Source: the human T2T-CHM13v2.0 reference genome, Homo sapiens. From it: a stretch of DNA of 64,000 bases. Where the stretch lies: assembly GCF_009914755.1 (NCBI RefSeq), contig NC_060940.1. One strand, given 5' to 3'. Position 1 is the first letter of the stretch. Each line of letters starts with the position of its first letter. Positions 62,251 to 64,000 of the stretch are shown here, piece after piece. A program made the position numbers and the translations under genes. The notes under the pieces were generated by a model. It did no database searches. It was not told where the DNA came from and was given only the letters and a program-made list of their open reading frames with translations.

Positions 62251-63293
62251 TTCCTGTTTTTCTTCCCTTTCTGGTTGGGCAGCGAGAGTTGAGAGGAGGC
62301 AGATGGCTTCCATCCCAGAAATCGCTCTCCTCTTTCCATCCCTACAGAGAGGGACAGAGAGGCAAAGTTCCTTGCATCCCCCGGGGCGCTGTCCCTGTGA
62401 GCTCCCGGTGTCCTGCACACGTGGGCCCCTGAGTGACCGGGCCCGTGTGCGTGGGATGGGGCTCCGTGGCCAGCCTGGCCTCCTGGGGTTCACTTTCTGC
62501 TTTCCTACCCCAACTCTTCCTGTGTGGCTTTGCTGGCCTTCCACTGGGGAGGCACGCGGGTTTGGAGGGCAGATGAGGGCCCCCTGGAGAGCTGTACCCC
62601 TCAGTGAGGGCCGCCACCTTGATGGTTTTTGATGGATAATGGGGTTGACCTCTTTGTTCCTTCCAAATGTTTTTATGTTTGACCATTTGCTCAGCTGAGC
62701 TTGTCTTAATAATTTGATTCGTGGTTAATGAGCCCCACATGGGAGAGAGGGCGGCCTTCATTCTGAACCCATTTGGGCAGCACGGGTAGCCGTCCTCGCC
62801 GTGGGCTGCCTCAGAGCCCCCCCTGCCCAGTCTTGGGGTTGCTCCCGGATGCTGTGTGGGAGGCTTGCTCCTGGTGACATCCTCATCTCCCCGTGCACGT
62901 TACTGCATTCAGAGCTTGGGTCACCTGGACACCGAACTCAGGTGAATTTTCTCTGAGATTCTGGGAGAAGGAGGACAGTTCTCTGGTAGGTTTTCCAGGG
63001 CCGATCACGGAAAGGATGAGACACAATTACGGTGGCAGTGTAACGCCAGGAAACTTTATTGCGTGAAGTCCCTCTCACTCCCTCTACCTCCCTCTTTTAC
63101 GTGGACTCTGCCAAAGACCAGGATACTAGAATGCAGTGGAGTGACCAAGTGTAGTGGGACCTAGGGAACGTGAGTGTGGAGCCAGGCAGCTGGGGTTTGC
63201 ATCCTGGTAATGCCCCTCCTTAGCTGGCTGACATGGCACACGCCAGTTACCCTGTCTGAGCCTTACTGTCTTCAGTGGCAAATGGATCTGTCA

Positions 63294-63780
<487 letters not shown>

Positions 63781-64000
63781 GAGAGAGAGAGAGAGACAGA
63801 CAGACCCACAAGTGTCTTAAGCCAGAATCTCCATTAAAATGCTTTCTGGAGGCTAAAAGGATGATATATTGATAATGAAATATTTAAAAGGCAGAAACCC
63901 CACTGAATTTCTTGGTCCACAGAGGGAAATGTGAATTTCATGACCTGAAGGATGATGCAGGAACTGAACACAAACCATCCTTGTTTCCTGAATCTGAATA

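Noticed and set aside
61026-62544. Long minus-strand ORFs (317, 475 and 221 aa)
   Set aside because: Overlapping frames in a GC-rich CpG island where stops are rare; low-complexity P/G/A/R content and no recognisable domain

Overview
Primate (human-like) genomic DNA, dominated by repeats: about 40 Alus, many ERV/MaLR solo LTRs, L1/L2/MIR fragments and one young full-length SVA. There is no complete protein-coding gene, and most ORFs in the supplied track are Alu, SVA, LTR or low-complexity artefacts. Two gene-derived landmarks are recognisable. One is a short, frameshifted processed VPS51 pseudogene (~28.7-29.2 kb). The other is a CpG-island first exon at ~61.3-61.8 kb encoding MASPSGSSEATGKPRGRDG..., which I recall as the far-upstream first exon annotated for long RBFOX1 isoforms (16p13.3, distal to ALG1/EEF2KMT). 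That block is also duplicated in the FAM86/ALG1L/OR7E segmental-duplication family, so a paralogous locus cannot be excluded from sequence alone. I found no convincing novel multi-gene system. The best signals are local events: an SVA with a short 3' transduction, a VPS51 retrocopy apparently from an L1-exonised truncated transcript, a 5'-truncated LTR12 that still has a TSD, a templated chimeric Alu, a nested ERV-LTR stack, and a CpG-retaining enhancer-like island. Repeat subfamily names come from recalled consensus sequences, not a database search.
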